Assembly (NCBI RefSeq): GCF_006345805.1
Contig: NC_043002.1
Coordinates: 63,302,001 to 63,366,000, forward strand
Length of the DNA: 64,000 bases
DNA from: Octopus sinensis
Lineage: Eukaryota
Direction: 5' to 3'
The translations under genes were made by a program, and so were the position numbers. The notes below the pieces were generated by a model. That model was not told the DNA's origin. It did not search any database and worked only from the letters and a program-made list of their open reading frames with translations. Shown piece after piece: positions 38,129 through 52,912 of this stretch; the stretch's first letter is position 1; each line of letters starts with the position of its first letter.

Positions 38129-38516
38129 TTTAATTATTAATGCTAAATAATACACTAATAACGTTTTCGAATTCCATGTGTGAGAAGATATGTGAAAGAT
38201 TTCCTAACATTCACTTCTCATTTGATTCACACTCTTTAGTTTTCTACAATGTTCACAAAAACAATGTGACCAGCTACACTTAACTGGATGGTGTGACATA
38301 TTCGAAGTATATGTTTTTCTCAAAAACATTTACTGTTCCGTCATTGTTCGTCACTGTTCCGTCACTGTTCTCATCGTTCATTACACAACGCTGGCTTAAC
38401 TACATCGATCTGACTATGTTCTCGATCAGGCAGGAGAGTTCTACCGTGGTTAAATGTGGGCAGCCTCAGCGAATGCATTTAAAATATTGTGCTTACTAGA
38501 GACGGTAGGTAAGATG

Positions 38517-38690
38517 ACGATAATGACGATAATGATGATGATGATGATGATGAAGATGATGACGACGATGACTGCGAGAAAGGCGGCGGCGGTGAAGACT
38601 ACGACAGTGATGATGATGATGACGACGACGATATCGGTGGAGGCGGTGGTGATTGTGGTGGTGGTGGTGGTGGTGGTGGTAATGAAAATA
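38517..38690. repeat. (GAT/GAC/GGT)n degenerate trinucleotide tract
   Basis: Direct reading. Confidence 0.85.
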
Positions 38691-39549
38691 ACGACTACAC
38701 ACATCATAATAAAAAATTCCACAAAATAAATATTATTATTAATATATTTATATTCATATTTATGATTATCACTGTCGTTACAGCTTTCGTAGAAGTAGTT
38801 AATGCCAATGATGATGATTATGCAGACGCTGTTTCCATAGATGTTGTTCTTAATTTTGTTCTGCTAGTTCCAGACATCAGTTACTACGTGAGTCAAGCTA
38901 TGATCTGATAAGCGAATCCTTGTCTTCATAAGAAGGTCTATTGTGCGTTGTTCCTTGCAATCAGTCTCAAAGGAATATATTTCGCAGCACCAGACTAGCT
39001 ACTGTGAGCAAAATTTCCTTTGCTATACCATAGCTTTGCAGTAATAGAAACCTCATATAAACGCGTACAAATAAACATTGACACACAACCGTATAGGCAA
39101 GTTCACAAACACGCGTGCACACAGGATAGAAATAAACAGACGCAGACATATATACACGGGCAATCAGCTATACCAAAACAACAAAGAGAAACATAGAAAC
39201 ATGAAACTGAAGCGCAAAATTAAAATCAGTATGAAAAAATAACATACAATCTTGTCTTAATATAAGAGGTATATATGTATATATGTGTGGTGTGTACGTG
39301 TATGTGTGTGCGCCTGTGTTTATATAGATTTGCATACATATGTATGCATGAATATATATATACTATATGTATATAATATAAATATGTATTAAATATTATA
39401 TATATGCATACGTGCATATATGTTTCATTGTTTCTTGGTAGCTATCTATTTTATATGCGTGTGCGTTGAAGGTGTATATATATATATATATATATATATA
39501 ATACACACACAAACACACACAGATCCTCTCACACACACATGCATATATA

Positions 39550-39706
39550 TGTTTTTCTCCTGGTTTCTTTCTCTGTTACTTTCTGTGGAAGAGCGTAGGC
39601 TCGAAACGTAAAAGACTTTTTCAATTCCCGAGCGTTATACTAATACATCTGTTTGTTTTCTACACCACCTCTCTTCGTATTTTGCTCTTTTCGTAAATTC
39701 TCCCAG
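39550..39706 (+). mobile_element. (TA)n-embedded module with a hammerhead-shaped motif at 39579-39614
   Basis: cttt CTGTGGA a GAGC gtag GCTC GAAAC GTA aaag. Confidence 0.6.
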
Positions 39707-39816
<110 letters not shown>

Positions 39817-40368
39817 GAGAGAGAAAGAGAGAAAGGCAAAGAAACAATGAGATAAATAAATGTAAAAATATACACGTTTGCGTGTAGCTTTTCTGGTTAG
39901 GTGACTACTTTATTGTGTATGCGTGTTTTGTGTAAATTATTTATGTCTCTGCAGATATTTTTACACACACGACCTAAAATACTCTTGGACATACAGTGTA
40001 GTTTCCGGTTTGACTTTCGTTATAAATCATTCGTCATTCCTCTACATATACACGGATACAATTTTTATGACCTTTTTTAGCATAAGGACCAAACTACAGG
40101 ATATGTTAGATGTCCTTAATCAAGAGATTGACACCAAGATATTAAGAGATTGACACCAAGGCATTAATCATATCTCGTTGGAAACCTTTCGAAAATTTGA
40201 GAGCTGCATTAAATAAGGCCATTTATTTTCCATCAAAATTCCCCTACACGTTCCTGTGGTGCGTGCTTGTTAATAAAGAAAGCAATGTTCAAACTAACCA
40301 ATAAACCATCTTTCTATGTATCAAGCTATCTATCACTCTCAGTTAGTCATTTTTCAATCTATCTATCT

Positions 40369-40444
<76 letters not shown>

Positions 40445-40459
40445 ATCTATCTATCTATC

Positions 40460-40492
<33 letters not shown>

Positions 40493-40531
40493 TATCTATC
40501 TATCTATCTATCTATCTCTATCTATCTATCT

Positions 40532-40568
<37 letters not shown>

Positions 40569-40805
40569 ATATATTTATATATATATAGGTATACATATAT
40601 ATATATATGTATATATTTATATATACTATATATGTATACACGTATATATATGTAAACTGTATGCAAGTATATATATGTACATATATATATACATACATAT
40701 ATATATTTATATGTATATATGTATACCTGTATATATATATATACATATATTTACATACACACACACACAATATATATATAGATGCATATATATATTATAT
40801 ATATA

Positions 40806-40849
<44 letters not shown>

Positions 40850-41799
40850 AAAGGGAAAGAGTGAGAGATAGACAGATAGACATGTGTGCATGTGTACACA
40901 TGTATGCATTTATACATACATATTCGGGGGAAACTATGTACACATGTTTACATATTTCATAAAACCATATTTAAAAAAATCTACCAATTATTATTTTTTT
41001 AATGCCATAAATTCCCAATAATTTATTGGAGACAGATCAAAGACAAATAGCCCTTCGTGCTTCATAATAAAAAGGTAGAATTTTATAATACAGCCTGCAA
41101 GTGAAAATAAATGTCTTTGAAATTGTTGATTAGCAAGAAGAATTTACACAGACCTTTATATTGAATGTTGGCCTCCTGCCTCAACAAAAGGAATCTGATA
41201 TTTCTCTGCCTAAGCATTACATTTCTTCTTTCTGCTTTTTTTTGTCGTTTCCACTTATTTTGGGATAATGAACGCTGTAAGATTGAAAATTTCAAAAATT
41301 ATACTTGAATATAGAAAAGTGGTCTTTATTATAACGTTAAAATTGTTCATGCAGTCTTAATTAAACTTGGATATACTTTAATGTTGTGATGTTTGCAGCT
41401 TTATGGGAGTTCTTGCCCTTTTTTGCTTCAAAAGTGTTAATACCTTTCAAACTGTGTATGATTTAGCATGCTTGCTAAAGTGATGATTAAAAGATGTATT
41501 TTCTATGTTGCTGCTTGCCGTTCAATAAGATATATATTCGTTTCATTAAAAGAAACTCTTTCTTCCATCATTCCTAATCTAAAGAAATCCAACCAAAGCA
41601 ATGCAAAAATGCACGATATTTTATCAAGTATACATCCACGTATTTATGTGTATTTCAGGAAATATAAAGGAGAAACTGAGTTATTTACGATCCATGAGCA
41701 TTCTAGGGTTTCTCATACTATTATAAACAGGGTCATATACATATATGCATATATATATATATATTATATATATATATATATTATATATATATATATATA

Positions 41800-42230
41800 T
41801 CTATATATATATATATCTATATATATATTTAGAGAGAGAGGCAGAAGGAGAGAGAGTGAGCGAAACAGATAGATAAATAGATAAATAGATAAATAGAAAT
41901 ATAGATAAATAGATAAATGGATATATAGATAGATATGAGCACATATATATATAGTTGGAATTTACAAAAAAAGAAAAGACGAAGACGGGTGTGTAAACGA
42001 CATACAGTGCATTACTTTGACGGTTGGGAAGTCTTTTACGTTTCGATCCTACAGCCCATTATGTCCAATTTTCGGCATATTTGGCATTAGAAACTTTTCG
42101 TTTGCCCTTATTTATAAGTTGTTTATAATTTAACCTTTAAAGGTATTTTTTAATATGCTGGCCATTGATAAAATTTTTTTTAGAAAAATTTTTATCCTAC
42201 ATTAGATAATATATATATATATATATATAT

Positions 42231-42267
<37 letters not shown>

Positions 42268-42653
42268 ATATATATATTTAGAGAGAGAGGCAGAAGGAGA
42301 GAGAGTGAGCGAAACAGATAGATAAATAGATAAATAGATAAATAGAAATATAGATAAATAGATAAATGGATATATAGATAGATATGAGCACATATATATA
42401 TAGTTGGAATTTACAAAAAAAAAAAGACGAAGACGGGTGTGTAAACGACATACAGTGCATTACTTTGACGGTTGGGCAGTGAGAAAGCCTTTTACGTTTC
42501 GATCCTACAGCCCATTATGTCCAATTTTCGGCATATTTGGCATTAGAAACTTTTTCGTTTGCCCTTATTTGTTTATAATTTAACCTTTAAAGGTATTTTT
42601 TAATATGCTGGCCATTGATAAAATTTTTTTTAGAAAAATTTTTATCCTACATT

Positions 42654-42720
<67 letters not shown>
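41800..42720. repeat. Tandem duplication, period ~449 bp, including a truncated minus-strand copy of the 39550-type module
   Basis: 41828-42276 and 42277-42720 are near-identical apart from small indels. Confidence 0.9.
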
Positions 42721-42723
<3 letters not shown>

Positions 42724-44389
42724 GTATGTATGTATGTATCTATGTGTGTGTGTATGAAGATATATATAGATATATAGATGTGTGAATTCCTTTTAAAGAA
42801 TACTTCATCCTAGAAATGCTGCCATAGGTTGAAGGCTCAGAAAGCGAAAAATGAATTCTCTTCTTCGGTCTGTGTTGTTCTGTTTTGGTATGGGGTTATT
42901 CTAGAGAACAAGGAAAATATATTAAAAATAAGCAATCTCAATTACTGGAGCAATTAAAATTATTAGCAATCACAATGGTTGGAGGAGTGACTGGGGTCAG
43001 CAATCACAGGTTGGGAAAGCTATGGAGAAGTTTTGTGTACCTTTGAACTAATAGCTCAATTAATTTTATAAAACAACTGGGGAAGATCCAACGATATTCT
43101 ATATGAATCTGCGCACATAGGTGTTAAAAGTGGCATGAAATCAATTTTTTCCACGGAAGAAAATGTCTACTAGTTGCCTAGAAAAATCACAGAATATCAC
43201 CCAGATTAGAGAAAACAGTAAATAAGTTTCTCGAAAAATGCGATAAGAAAATATACGAGCGTGCTGTCGTTATGTAGAGTGAAAATAGATCAAGAAACAG
43301 CAATGATGAATGAGAAATATGAATAACTGAAGGCACAGTTAGAAATAAAATATAAACAAAATTTAGCTATCTCCGTAACTAAAAAAATTGCTTAAGGGTA
43401 GAGTCACCTCACAAATCGACAGACATTCTAACGACATGATGTGAAGGGAATATCTATGTAACAATCTCGAAGTCTATTGTACCAACACAAGGGGAAAATA
43501 GAGATCTGTCAATACATGAAAAAGAATAACGTAGCCTAAACGATCTTTCTCCTGATATATATCGACAGAATTAGTAATAAATACTGGACAATTAGACGCT
43601 ATGGTTATTAGTAAAGTAAACAATACTTACAATAACAACCATACGCGAATTTAGAATAGAAATTTAAATGTCAATGAAGATTTGTGAGAGGAGAAGGTAA
43701 CGTGTAATCGAAATCCTTCTAACTCCCTCGCTCGAATTACGTTCGATATGCCTCTGCTCTCGTAAAGCTCTTCTGCTACGTTACGCTATCCATACTCAAT
43801 TTTAATTGAAGCCTACGAGACGTATATTGGTGAAGAGCACACCTGCAAGGTCTTAAAAATTCCAGCCCTGGATGAACTGAAGTTTTGTTTTGTTTGCTTG
43901 ATTTTGAATCTGTGTAGCCGGTTGATCTGTGATGAAATGTAGTTCGGACAGATACGGAGATAACACTCTGCACATTCTGCTTACAGTTGTTGCAATATCA
44001 TTGAGGAGAAAATTATTTGGGAGAGACCTGATTGTCGCTTCTTGGTATGGAGAGCTGCCAGGATTGGCCAAGTGGTGAGGATTCACTTCCCTATCAAAAA
44101 GAAAACATAACAAAAAGAAAAGCAACTTAGAGACTGACAACTGCTCGAACAACAGCAGTTGACCACAACCGGGAAATGTATGTAACCGAGAATTACAGGA
44201 AAATAGCTTGTTTCAGTATGATGCACAATACATACAAAAGATGCTAGAAAAATGTAAAGCACAATGTGGTAACTGAGAGGAGATACAGGAAGACAGACGA
44301 TGTCTGTATGCGTATACATACATACATACATACATACATACATAAATACATTTATATATTTACACTCATACACATTTACATGTATATAT

Positions 44390-44716
44390 GGCTCAGTGGT
44401 TAAAGCGTCGAGCTTACGATCGTCAGGTTGTGAGTTTGAATCCCGGACCGGACTGCGTGTTGTATTCTTGAGCAAGACACTTTATTTCACGTTGCTCCAG
44501 TTCACTCAGCTGTAGAAATGAGTGGCGACGTCACAGGTACCAAACTGTATTAGCCTTTGCCTTTCCTCTGGATAACATCGGTGCTGTAGAGAGGGGAGGC
44601 CGGTATGCATGGGCGACTGCTGGTCTTCCATGAAACAACCTTGCCCGAACTTGTACCTCCGGGGGTAACTTTCTAGGAGTACTCCCATGGTCAGTCATGG
44701 CTGAAGGGGGTCTCAG
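44390..44716 (+). mobile_element. tRNA-derived SINE family E (CORE-like central segment)
   Basis: ggctcagtggttaaagcgtcg..gagtttgaatccc..ttcttgagcaagacacttt..cagctgtagaaatgag. Confidence 0.8.
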
Positions 44717-44810
44717 CATATATATATATAATACATATATATACATAAAAATATACATATATATATATGTATACGTTTATGTATTTATGTATGTATGTGT
44801 GTGTGTGTAT

Positions 44811-44841
<31 letters not shown>

Positions 44842-44921
44842 ATACATATATATACATAAAAATATACATATATATATATGTATACGTTTATGTATTTATG
44901 TATGTATGTGTGTGTGTGTAT

Positions 44922-44955
<34 letters not shown>

Positions 44956-45679
44956 GCGTACGCATGAATCTCTACAAGAAACAGATTTTAACCTATGTAC
45001 TAAATGATAAACGAGACGATGCAAAACCAATTCGGTTTCAAGGTCAATACTTTGTCTGGCTCTCATAATTCATTTCCTCTCAGATTGATTGCTCCTCCAT
45101 CTGAAAGGAGATTTCGGAAAGAAGCTTAATTGCCAGGATACCATAATTATAACAGGTAATTAAAAATATACGAGTGTTATAGCTATTTCCGATTAAACAA
45201 TAATAGCGAATGTCAACATGATAATGATTTCTGCTGTCTCAATCGTTGACTGCTAATTATTCCATTCGTGGAGTTTACTGTGTGTTTGGAAATGTGTGCA
45301 GTGCTGAAATTCATAGGAGGTAACCGTTATAATATATTTAGATAGATCAATCCATCATACATTTTGTCTATAGTTTCTAGTCTTATTCAGCTATTCCATT
45401 TTTCATACATTGTAGTTCACCTTGATATTCAATAGCGACAAAAAAATATTCAATATGAATGAAACATCGTACTGAAAATAGTAAAACAGATTTAAAACAT
45501 GAATATAAAATAGGAAGACGCTTGAGGTAAAAAGAGTTTGACAGATCAACAAATACAGCTTAATTGGTTGATGACACACTTTAGACACCCAAATACACAC
45601 AGAGATGAATTCACTGAATGTTTATTCCTTGGTCTAAGTGCATGTGTACGCTCCTGTATATACATATAAATTTTTTTTT

Positions 45680-45937
45680 CTTTCATTTGTTTCAGTTATT
45701 TGACTGCGGCCATGCTGGAGCACCGCCTTTAGTCGAACAAATCGACCCCAGGACTTATTCTTTGTAAGCCTAGTACGTATTCTATCCGTCTCTCTTTTGC
45801 TGAACCGCTTGGTTACAGGGAAGTAAACACGCCAACATTGGTTGCCAAGCGATGTTGGGAGGACAAAGACAGACACAAACATATATATATATTCACACAC
45901 GCACACACACACACGCACACACACGCACACACACACA

Positions 45938-46023
<86 letters not shown>

Positions 46024-46150
46024 GTTGGTCTTCTTTCAGTTTCCGTCTACCAAATCCACTCACAAGGCTTTGGTCGGCCCGAGTCTATAGTAGAAAAAAT
46101 TTGTCCAAGGTGACTCGTAGTGGGACTGAACCCGGAACCATGTGGTGCTA
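45680..46150 (-). mobile_element. Full SINE family B with an internal (CA)n(TA)n
   Basis: Colinear tail, microsatellite and head. Confidence 0.88.
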
Positions 46151-46523
46151 AGGTATTTAGGATACGGAGATAACACTATGTATATATGCTAAGGTACCTT
46201 TGATTACCAATGAATTTGAATCAAACTGTTTTGATCCATATATATGCTTGTGTGCGTGAGTCATCTGCGCGCGCACGTGTGTGTGCGTACGTATGTATGT
46301 ATATACACTTATATATATATATATAATTTGTTTTCTATATGGCATAATTAAATTTTTTCATTGTGGAATTGATAAAAGGTTGCTTTCGTCTAATTTATAT
46401 ATATGTATAAATATTGTATTGCATGCTTCAGTAATTTGACTGTAGCCATGCTCGACCACCACCATAAAGGGTGTGCCGAATTAATGTTCGATCCGTCGAC
46501 GACCTGGTCACTTGCATGTTCAC

Positions 46524-46776
46524 ATTCTTTTCTACTCTAGGCACAAGGCCCGACATTTTGCAGGTGGGGTCAGTCGATTAGATCGACCCCATTTACGCAA
46601 CAGGTAATCAATTTATCGACCCCGAAAGGATGAAATGCAAAGTCAACCTCGGCTGTGCTTAATTTATCGACCACGAAAAGTCGAAGGGCAAAGTCGACCA
46701 CGACGGAATTTAATCTCAGACTGTAAAGACCGGCGAAATAACCGCTAAGCATTTCGCCTGGCGTGCTTATGTTTCT
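46524..46776 (-). mobile_element. SINE family A, tail type 1, with an internal duplication
   Basis: aatttatcgac..aaagtc.acc segment present twice. Confidence 0.8.
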
Positions 46777-46979
46777 ATGTTCACATAGTCTTACATTTAC
46801 ACACGGTCGTCCTGAAATAAATTCGGGATGGTCATGGTGACACCTAATATCAGCCGAACGCTTTGCACTTACTGACTACTTGTAATTGCTTTATATCGAA
46901 GTCTACGATATTTTAAACATGTCTAAAATAGTATGACTCTCTAGAAACTCTGTAACGATGATTACTGTTTCATAGCAAT

Positions 46980-47030
<51 letters not shown>

Positions 47031-47810
47031 GAGCATGTGCTTCTTTCTCCAAGATATAGCTTTAATTTTTGTACTTATGCCTTGATAAATTATTTAATAA
47101 CATCACGTTCGATATAACTGTGATATCAATATGACTGTGATAACGTTTTTTCTTCGTCACGATGCGTTTTGCAACGCAACTATTTAATATTGAGTCTATA
47201 GTTACAACAGTCGGATATTTTTAATTCAACTTATTCATTTTAATTAATGATTTATATTTTCTTCTGATATTATGCTTTACTATGCACAATTTTGACGCAT
47301 TTATATAAAGTTTCTTCATTTTTCTGACACTTTCTTCACTATTTTCTTTCTACGTTTTTTACTTTCAATTCAAATGCGCTTAAATTAAAAGTGATATAAA
47401 ATAGTTTTTAAAGTTTTTTGTTTTTTTTCCACAGCAAAATGTTTTTATACTTCTAACGCATTTTGTCGCTTTTTCTCTCACTTCTTTCAACTTGTATGAT
47501 ATATACATGTACTTGGCGTATTAATTATTTACAGTGCTATGTTTGTGAAGCTTTCCTTATTTTTGTTTTTACGCACAAAGCTTATGTAATGCACGAGACA
47601 AGTATGGTTTCCTGAAATTTCCTATGAATTTAACACCCACATTCACCACAAGGATGACGTGAAAGAATATCTGCTGCTTGGTCCTAGAAAAAAATTAAGC
47701 ATATTTTCTAGAAATGACTGTGATATCTTGTAAGCATGCTTTACTATATTTTGGTAAAAAGCGTCAAACATGTATATATTCCATCATAGTTAAATGCATG
47801 TCAAATATTT

Positions 47811-48248
47811 AATATTCTTTTCAGCTCTAGGTACAAGGCCCAAAATTTTGAGGAAGTGAACAGCTGATTAGATTGACACCACTACGCAACTGGTACTTAA
47901 TTTATCGACCCCGAAAAGATAAAAGTCGAAGTCGACCTCGGCGGAATTTGAACTCAGAACATAAAGACAGACGAAACACTGCTAAGGTTTTTCGCCCGGC
48001 ATGCTAACGTTTCTGCCAGCTCGCCGTCTTTCCACAACGAAATATTCTTTTCTACTCCAAGCACAAGGCCCGAAATTTTGGGGGACGGGACCATTCGATT
48101 AGATCGACGCCAGTACGCAACTGGCACTTAATATATGGACCTCGAAAACATGAAAGTCGAAGTCGACCTTGGCGGAATTTCAGCTCAGAACCAAAAGACA
48201 GACGAAATACCTCTAAGCATTTCGCCGGCATGCTAACGTTCTGCCAGC
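47811..48248 (-). mobile_element. Two tandem SINE family A copies (tail type 1); a third degenerate copy lies at 48500-48676
   Basis: Reverse-complement matches. Confidence 0.88.
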
Positions 48249-48699
48249 CTTATCAAGTATTTAATATTAGGCAACGAGTATAAGAGTGAAGGTAAGAATC
48301 TGCAGGGATACGGGGATGGACCCGATGGTTACAGGAGACAAGAGAAAACTTAAAAATAGAATACTAATACAATGAAGGTGACAATACAGTAGAAGAATTA
48401 GGAGAAAATACAAGCGGGGAAATGAAAGTGAAGTAATAGACTTATTACTACAAGTAGTGGACTTATGGGGAGCAAAGAATTTGTATTAGTGGTTGTAAAA
48501 GTTGTCTCTACATTTCGATAGAAGGCAGGCAATTTTGAGAGGAGGGGGAATCGATTATGTGGACGCAAATGCTCAACTGGTACTTACTTTATCGACCCAG
48601 AAAAGGATCAAAAGAAATGTTAGGGCCATGAGAAAGGGCTGCAGATATATTGTTCGGCACAGTAACGATTCTGCCATGTCACCGTAGTGATAGTGGATC

Positions 48700-49027
48700 T
48701 GGTGGTAGTAATAGTAGTAGTAGTAGTAGTAGTAGTAGTGTTGGTGGTGGTGGTGGTTACGGTGGTGGTGGTGGGGTGCTCGTCGTCGCGTGGTAGTAGT
48801 GGTGTTTGCGGTGGCGGCGGCGGCGGCGGCAGTGGCGACGTCAGCGGCGGCGGTGGTAGTGGTGTTGTTATTGTTGTTGTTGGTGGTGGAGGTGATGGAG
48901 GTAGTAGAGTTGGTGATGGTGGTGATGGTGGTGGTCTTGGTTTTAGTAGTAGTAGTAGTAGTGTTGGTGGTGGTGGTTTTAGCAGTAGTAGTAGTAGTGA
49001 TAGTAGTAGTAGTAGTATTAGTAGTAA

Positions 49028-49074
<47 letters not shown>

Positions 49075-49099
49075 TAGTAGTAGTAGTAGTAGTAGTAGC

Positions 49100-49152
<53 letters not shown>

Positions 49153-49165
49153 CAGCGGTAGTAGT
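48700..49165. repeat. (TAG)n/(GGT)n/(GGC)n compound microsatellite
   Basis: Direct reading. Confidence 0.95.
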
Positions 49166-49674
49166 CCTGGAGCATGAGTGTAAATGTGTTATGTTTCAAT
49201 TAAACAGAAGAATTGTTGTTTCTTCAGCCTCCGCATCACGCCTGATGGGAACGAATCATCTAGAAGGCTCGCACTCTCTCACAGTCGGCCATATTGTGTT
49301 TGCTGATTTCAGTTTGTTTCGCAAAGCCTATATCGCTTGTCTGCCAGTGTTCAACCCGTTTTATGCTACTGTTATCTCTTGTTCGCGAATTGGCTAACTT
49401 GAGTTTGAATTGCATGGATGTAGCATTAATCTTAGGTGCGATAGATTTGTCGATATTCCACAGTAAACCTTTGTTTGTGGCTTACATGAGAAATAGGAAC
49501 GCACTAACTTATCACTGAACTGCTCAATTTCTTAACATTTTATTCGTCTGGTAATTACAATTTACCGACGCTCTTTAGAGAGAGATCTCTATCGGATCTT
49601 CTTTCATGTCCGTCCTCAAGTTCATTAGCAATCCTAATCATGTGGTTGAATTCATAGTGAGAATCCAGGCCCCC

Positions 49675-49717
<43 letters not shown>

Positions 49718-49788
49718 CTGCACCATATGCTCTCACAATAAGTGTTTCAAATGGCTTCAATACAGAATTAAATCCACATGAAAATATG

Positions 49789-49819
<31 letters not shown>

Positions 49820-49889
49820 GTACATATGTGTGTGTGTATGTATGTATGTATAACGATATATATGTGTGTGTATATATATACATACATAC

Positions 49890-49931
<42 letters not shown>

Positions 49932-49958
49932 TCACGTACATCTGTATCTATGTATCTA

Positions 49959-49993
<35 letters not shown>

Positions 49994-51029
49994 TATATAT
50001 ATATATATGCCTACACGTATATATAAATATATGTATACACACACAAACACACATACACACAATGTTTGTGCGTGCGTGTATGAGTGTAGGTGTGGGTGTG
50101 TGCAAACGTAAGAGAGAGGTCGATTAAAATAAAATCAACATTGATTTCAGTATTCAGTAAAACCACGTTATCCGCATCATCATCATCATCATCGTCATGA
50201 TCATCATCATCACCAATATCATTGTTATCGTCTTCATCCACATATCAGCCTTATCATCATCGTCGTCATTATCGTCATCACCTTATCATCGTCATCTGCA
50301 TAATTATTCTATATATCATCCTGTCGTTACACGATCTCACCGAGGCACATACACCGTTTCCGGCACATTACACCCGAATACCCTTTCATTGCGATTATCT
50401 TAATATATTATTTAAGGTATCTCCTTGTATTCATGAAACATTAACAGTGAAATTGCACTGAAGTGACGTTTGTGTCTAAGGTCTTAATTATCTTTAGGCG
50501 CTTTAACAGGAGGGGAAGAAGGAAAAACAACATGGATGACTGCATGATTCATCTTGCTTATTGGCGATTCATTACAGCATAAAAGTTTCAAATTGCATTC
50601 TACACGTTTGAGTAGAATAGTTTATTATTATTATCGACTGGGTCGCTGAAAACGCTATAGCGTTCGAAAAACGGCTCGTGGTATATGATGTATGTTCCGC
50701 CTAGTTGCGCTCTAAGTTCAAGTCCTACTGATATCATCCATCTTCGCCAATTATCCCTACGCTAGAGGTAAAATTAACTTCCAATCAAGTTATGGTGTGG
50801 ATTTAAAGGACGAAATCTTGCCTGAACAATTTGAGATCATGCTTGCATTTCAAAATGTTATAACTGAGCTGGACTACAAGAACATTTAGAGCATCAGACA
50901 AACTGACGTGGGTTCTTTATTTTGATGTTCTTTGATCTGGATTCACATGCAGCCCACGTCAAGTAAATCGTTCATCCATTCATATCCGATAAAATGTTGT
51001 GAATGTATGGGCTGCTGAATAAGTATATT

Positions 51030-51340
51030 TTTATTTATTTATGCTTCATTTTCAAGCCTAGCCAGGTTCATGGGCCCGGTTTCCAGGTTTTTATGGCGTA
51101 TGTGTTACCCCCAGCTGGACCGTACGCTAGTCCATCGCAGCATTACTCGAAGTAAGAGTGAGAGAAAATTGGGACGAAAGAGTACAACAGAGGTCAGCCC
51201 CCCCCCCCCCCGCCGAAGTCTCGTGGAGGTTTAGGTGTTTTCGCAAAATAAACACACAAAAAGCCCGCACTGGAAATCGAAACCGCGATCCTCCGGTCGC
51301 GAATCCGCTGCTCTAACCACTGGGCCTTTGCGCCTCCACG
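51030..51340 (-). mobile_element. SINE family C, tail C2-like
   Basis: Minus strand ggaggcgcaaaggcccagtggttagagcagcgg..tttcgatttcc head. Confidence 0.85.
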
Positions 51341-51549
51341 CTGAATAAGTATATCTCACCATGATTCTTGAACCAGTGAATAATTTGAAATAATTAATAT
51401 GGCTGCAAGCTGGCAAAGTCAATGGATCGTTAGAAAACACACATTTTGGTATTTCTCTGGCTTTTGCTATTATGAGATTTTTTGTGCTTGTTGAAATTAA
51501 ATATATTCAAGTAAGTAGGACAGTGGAATCGACTACTTCTTCTCACTAC

Positions 51550-51858
51550 AATATTCTTTGCTACCTAAGGTAAAAGACCCGAAATTTTGAGGCAGGGGGA
51601 CTGTGGATTAGATCGACCCCAGTATGCAACTGGTACTTAATTTATCGACCCCGAAATGATGAAATGCAAAGTCGACCGAGGCGGAGTTTGAACTTAGTAA
51701 ATAATGACAGACGAAATACCCATTTCTTTACTGCCCACAAGGGGCTACACACAGAGGGAACAAACAAGGACAGACACACGAATTAATTCGATTATATAGA
51801 CCGCAGTGCGTAATTGGTACTTAAGTTATCGACCCCGAAATGATGAAAGGCAAAGTCG
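51550..51858 (-). mobile_element. Two partial tandem SINE family A copies (tail type 1 and tail type 2)
   Basis: Reverse-complement matches. Confidence 0.8.
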
Positions 51859-52534
51859 GCGTTACGTCTCACATGAAATTCTGTCAACCTCGACATCGCA
51901 TTTTCTCATTTCGGGGTAAAATAAAATAATTACCAGGTGAGCCTTGGAGGTAGATAGAATCGACTGGTCCTCTACCTCACAAATTCAGGCATTGTTTCTA
52001 AAGTTAAGAAAAAAATGATTTGTTGCAGGGGTCTTAATTTCTTGTTTCTAAACCCCTGCTAATATTAAATTTGTCTTTTATAACTTCGGTGTCGGTAAAC
52101 AATGTGCCAGTCAAATATTGAAATCAATTCAATTCACTACAGACGTACCCTACCGAAGAAAAACTTTCTGGTTTTGTGTCGAAAATGTAAATAATTTATA
52201 AATTTATTGACTTAATTTTTATTCAATTCGCATTGTCGTTTTGCAATTTTCGGTTCTATTTATATGTGAAATGTGAATGCATTACATCGCAAAAATATTG
52301 TCGCTGTATGTGCACGTTCCAAGTCCTGATATTTTTGGGTTATGGTATGTGATTTACTGTAAATGCAAATAATGTAAATGATGTGTGCATTTTGTTTCTT
52401 GGGTAGTCATTACTCCTTCCCACTAATAGCAAAGCACTTCTTGTTATAAGGGTATTTTCTCTTCCAGTCTCAATATTTCAAATATTTGTTTTAACATCTT
52501 CGCATGTGCATAATATATTTTCTATTGCATTTCG

Positions 52535-52912
52535 TGGCACTCCGTCGGTTGTGACTACGAGGGTTCCAGTTGATCCTATTAACGGAAAATATGGCTCGTG
52601 AAATAACGTGTAAGTGGCTGAGCACTCCACTGAAACGTTTACCTTGACGTAGTTTTCGAAGAGATTCAGCGTGAGACAGTGTGAGGCAAGGCTGGCTCTT
52701 TGAAAATACAGGTACAGCAGAAACATGAAGAAAGAGTGAGCGAAAGTTGTGGTGAAAGAGTACAGCAAAGTTCGCTAGCACCCCCTGCCGGAGCCTCGTG
52801 AAGCTTTAGATGTTTTTGCTCAATAAACACTCACAACACTAGGTCTAGCAATCGAAACCGCGATCCAACGACCGGGTATCAGCTGCTCTAACCACTGGGC
52901 CAATATGCCTCC
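52535..52912 (-). mobile_element. SINE family C with long tail C1
   Basis: Family C head; tail ..ggatcaactggaaccctcgtagtcacaaccgacggagtgccac. Confidence 0.85.

Noticed and set aside
40267-40962. 231-aa ORF, and the many YI/CV/HT-rich ORFs across the window
   Set aside because: Translations of (TA)n, (TG)n and (TCTA)n.
42830-43700. Purine-rich complex stretch suspected to be a LINE relic
   Set aside because: No diagnostic motif recovered in any frame by eye.
48573-49397. 208-aa and 236-aa ORFs
   Set aside because: Open frames through (TAG)/(GGT) tracts; the short complex C-terminal part is not recognisable.
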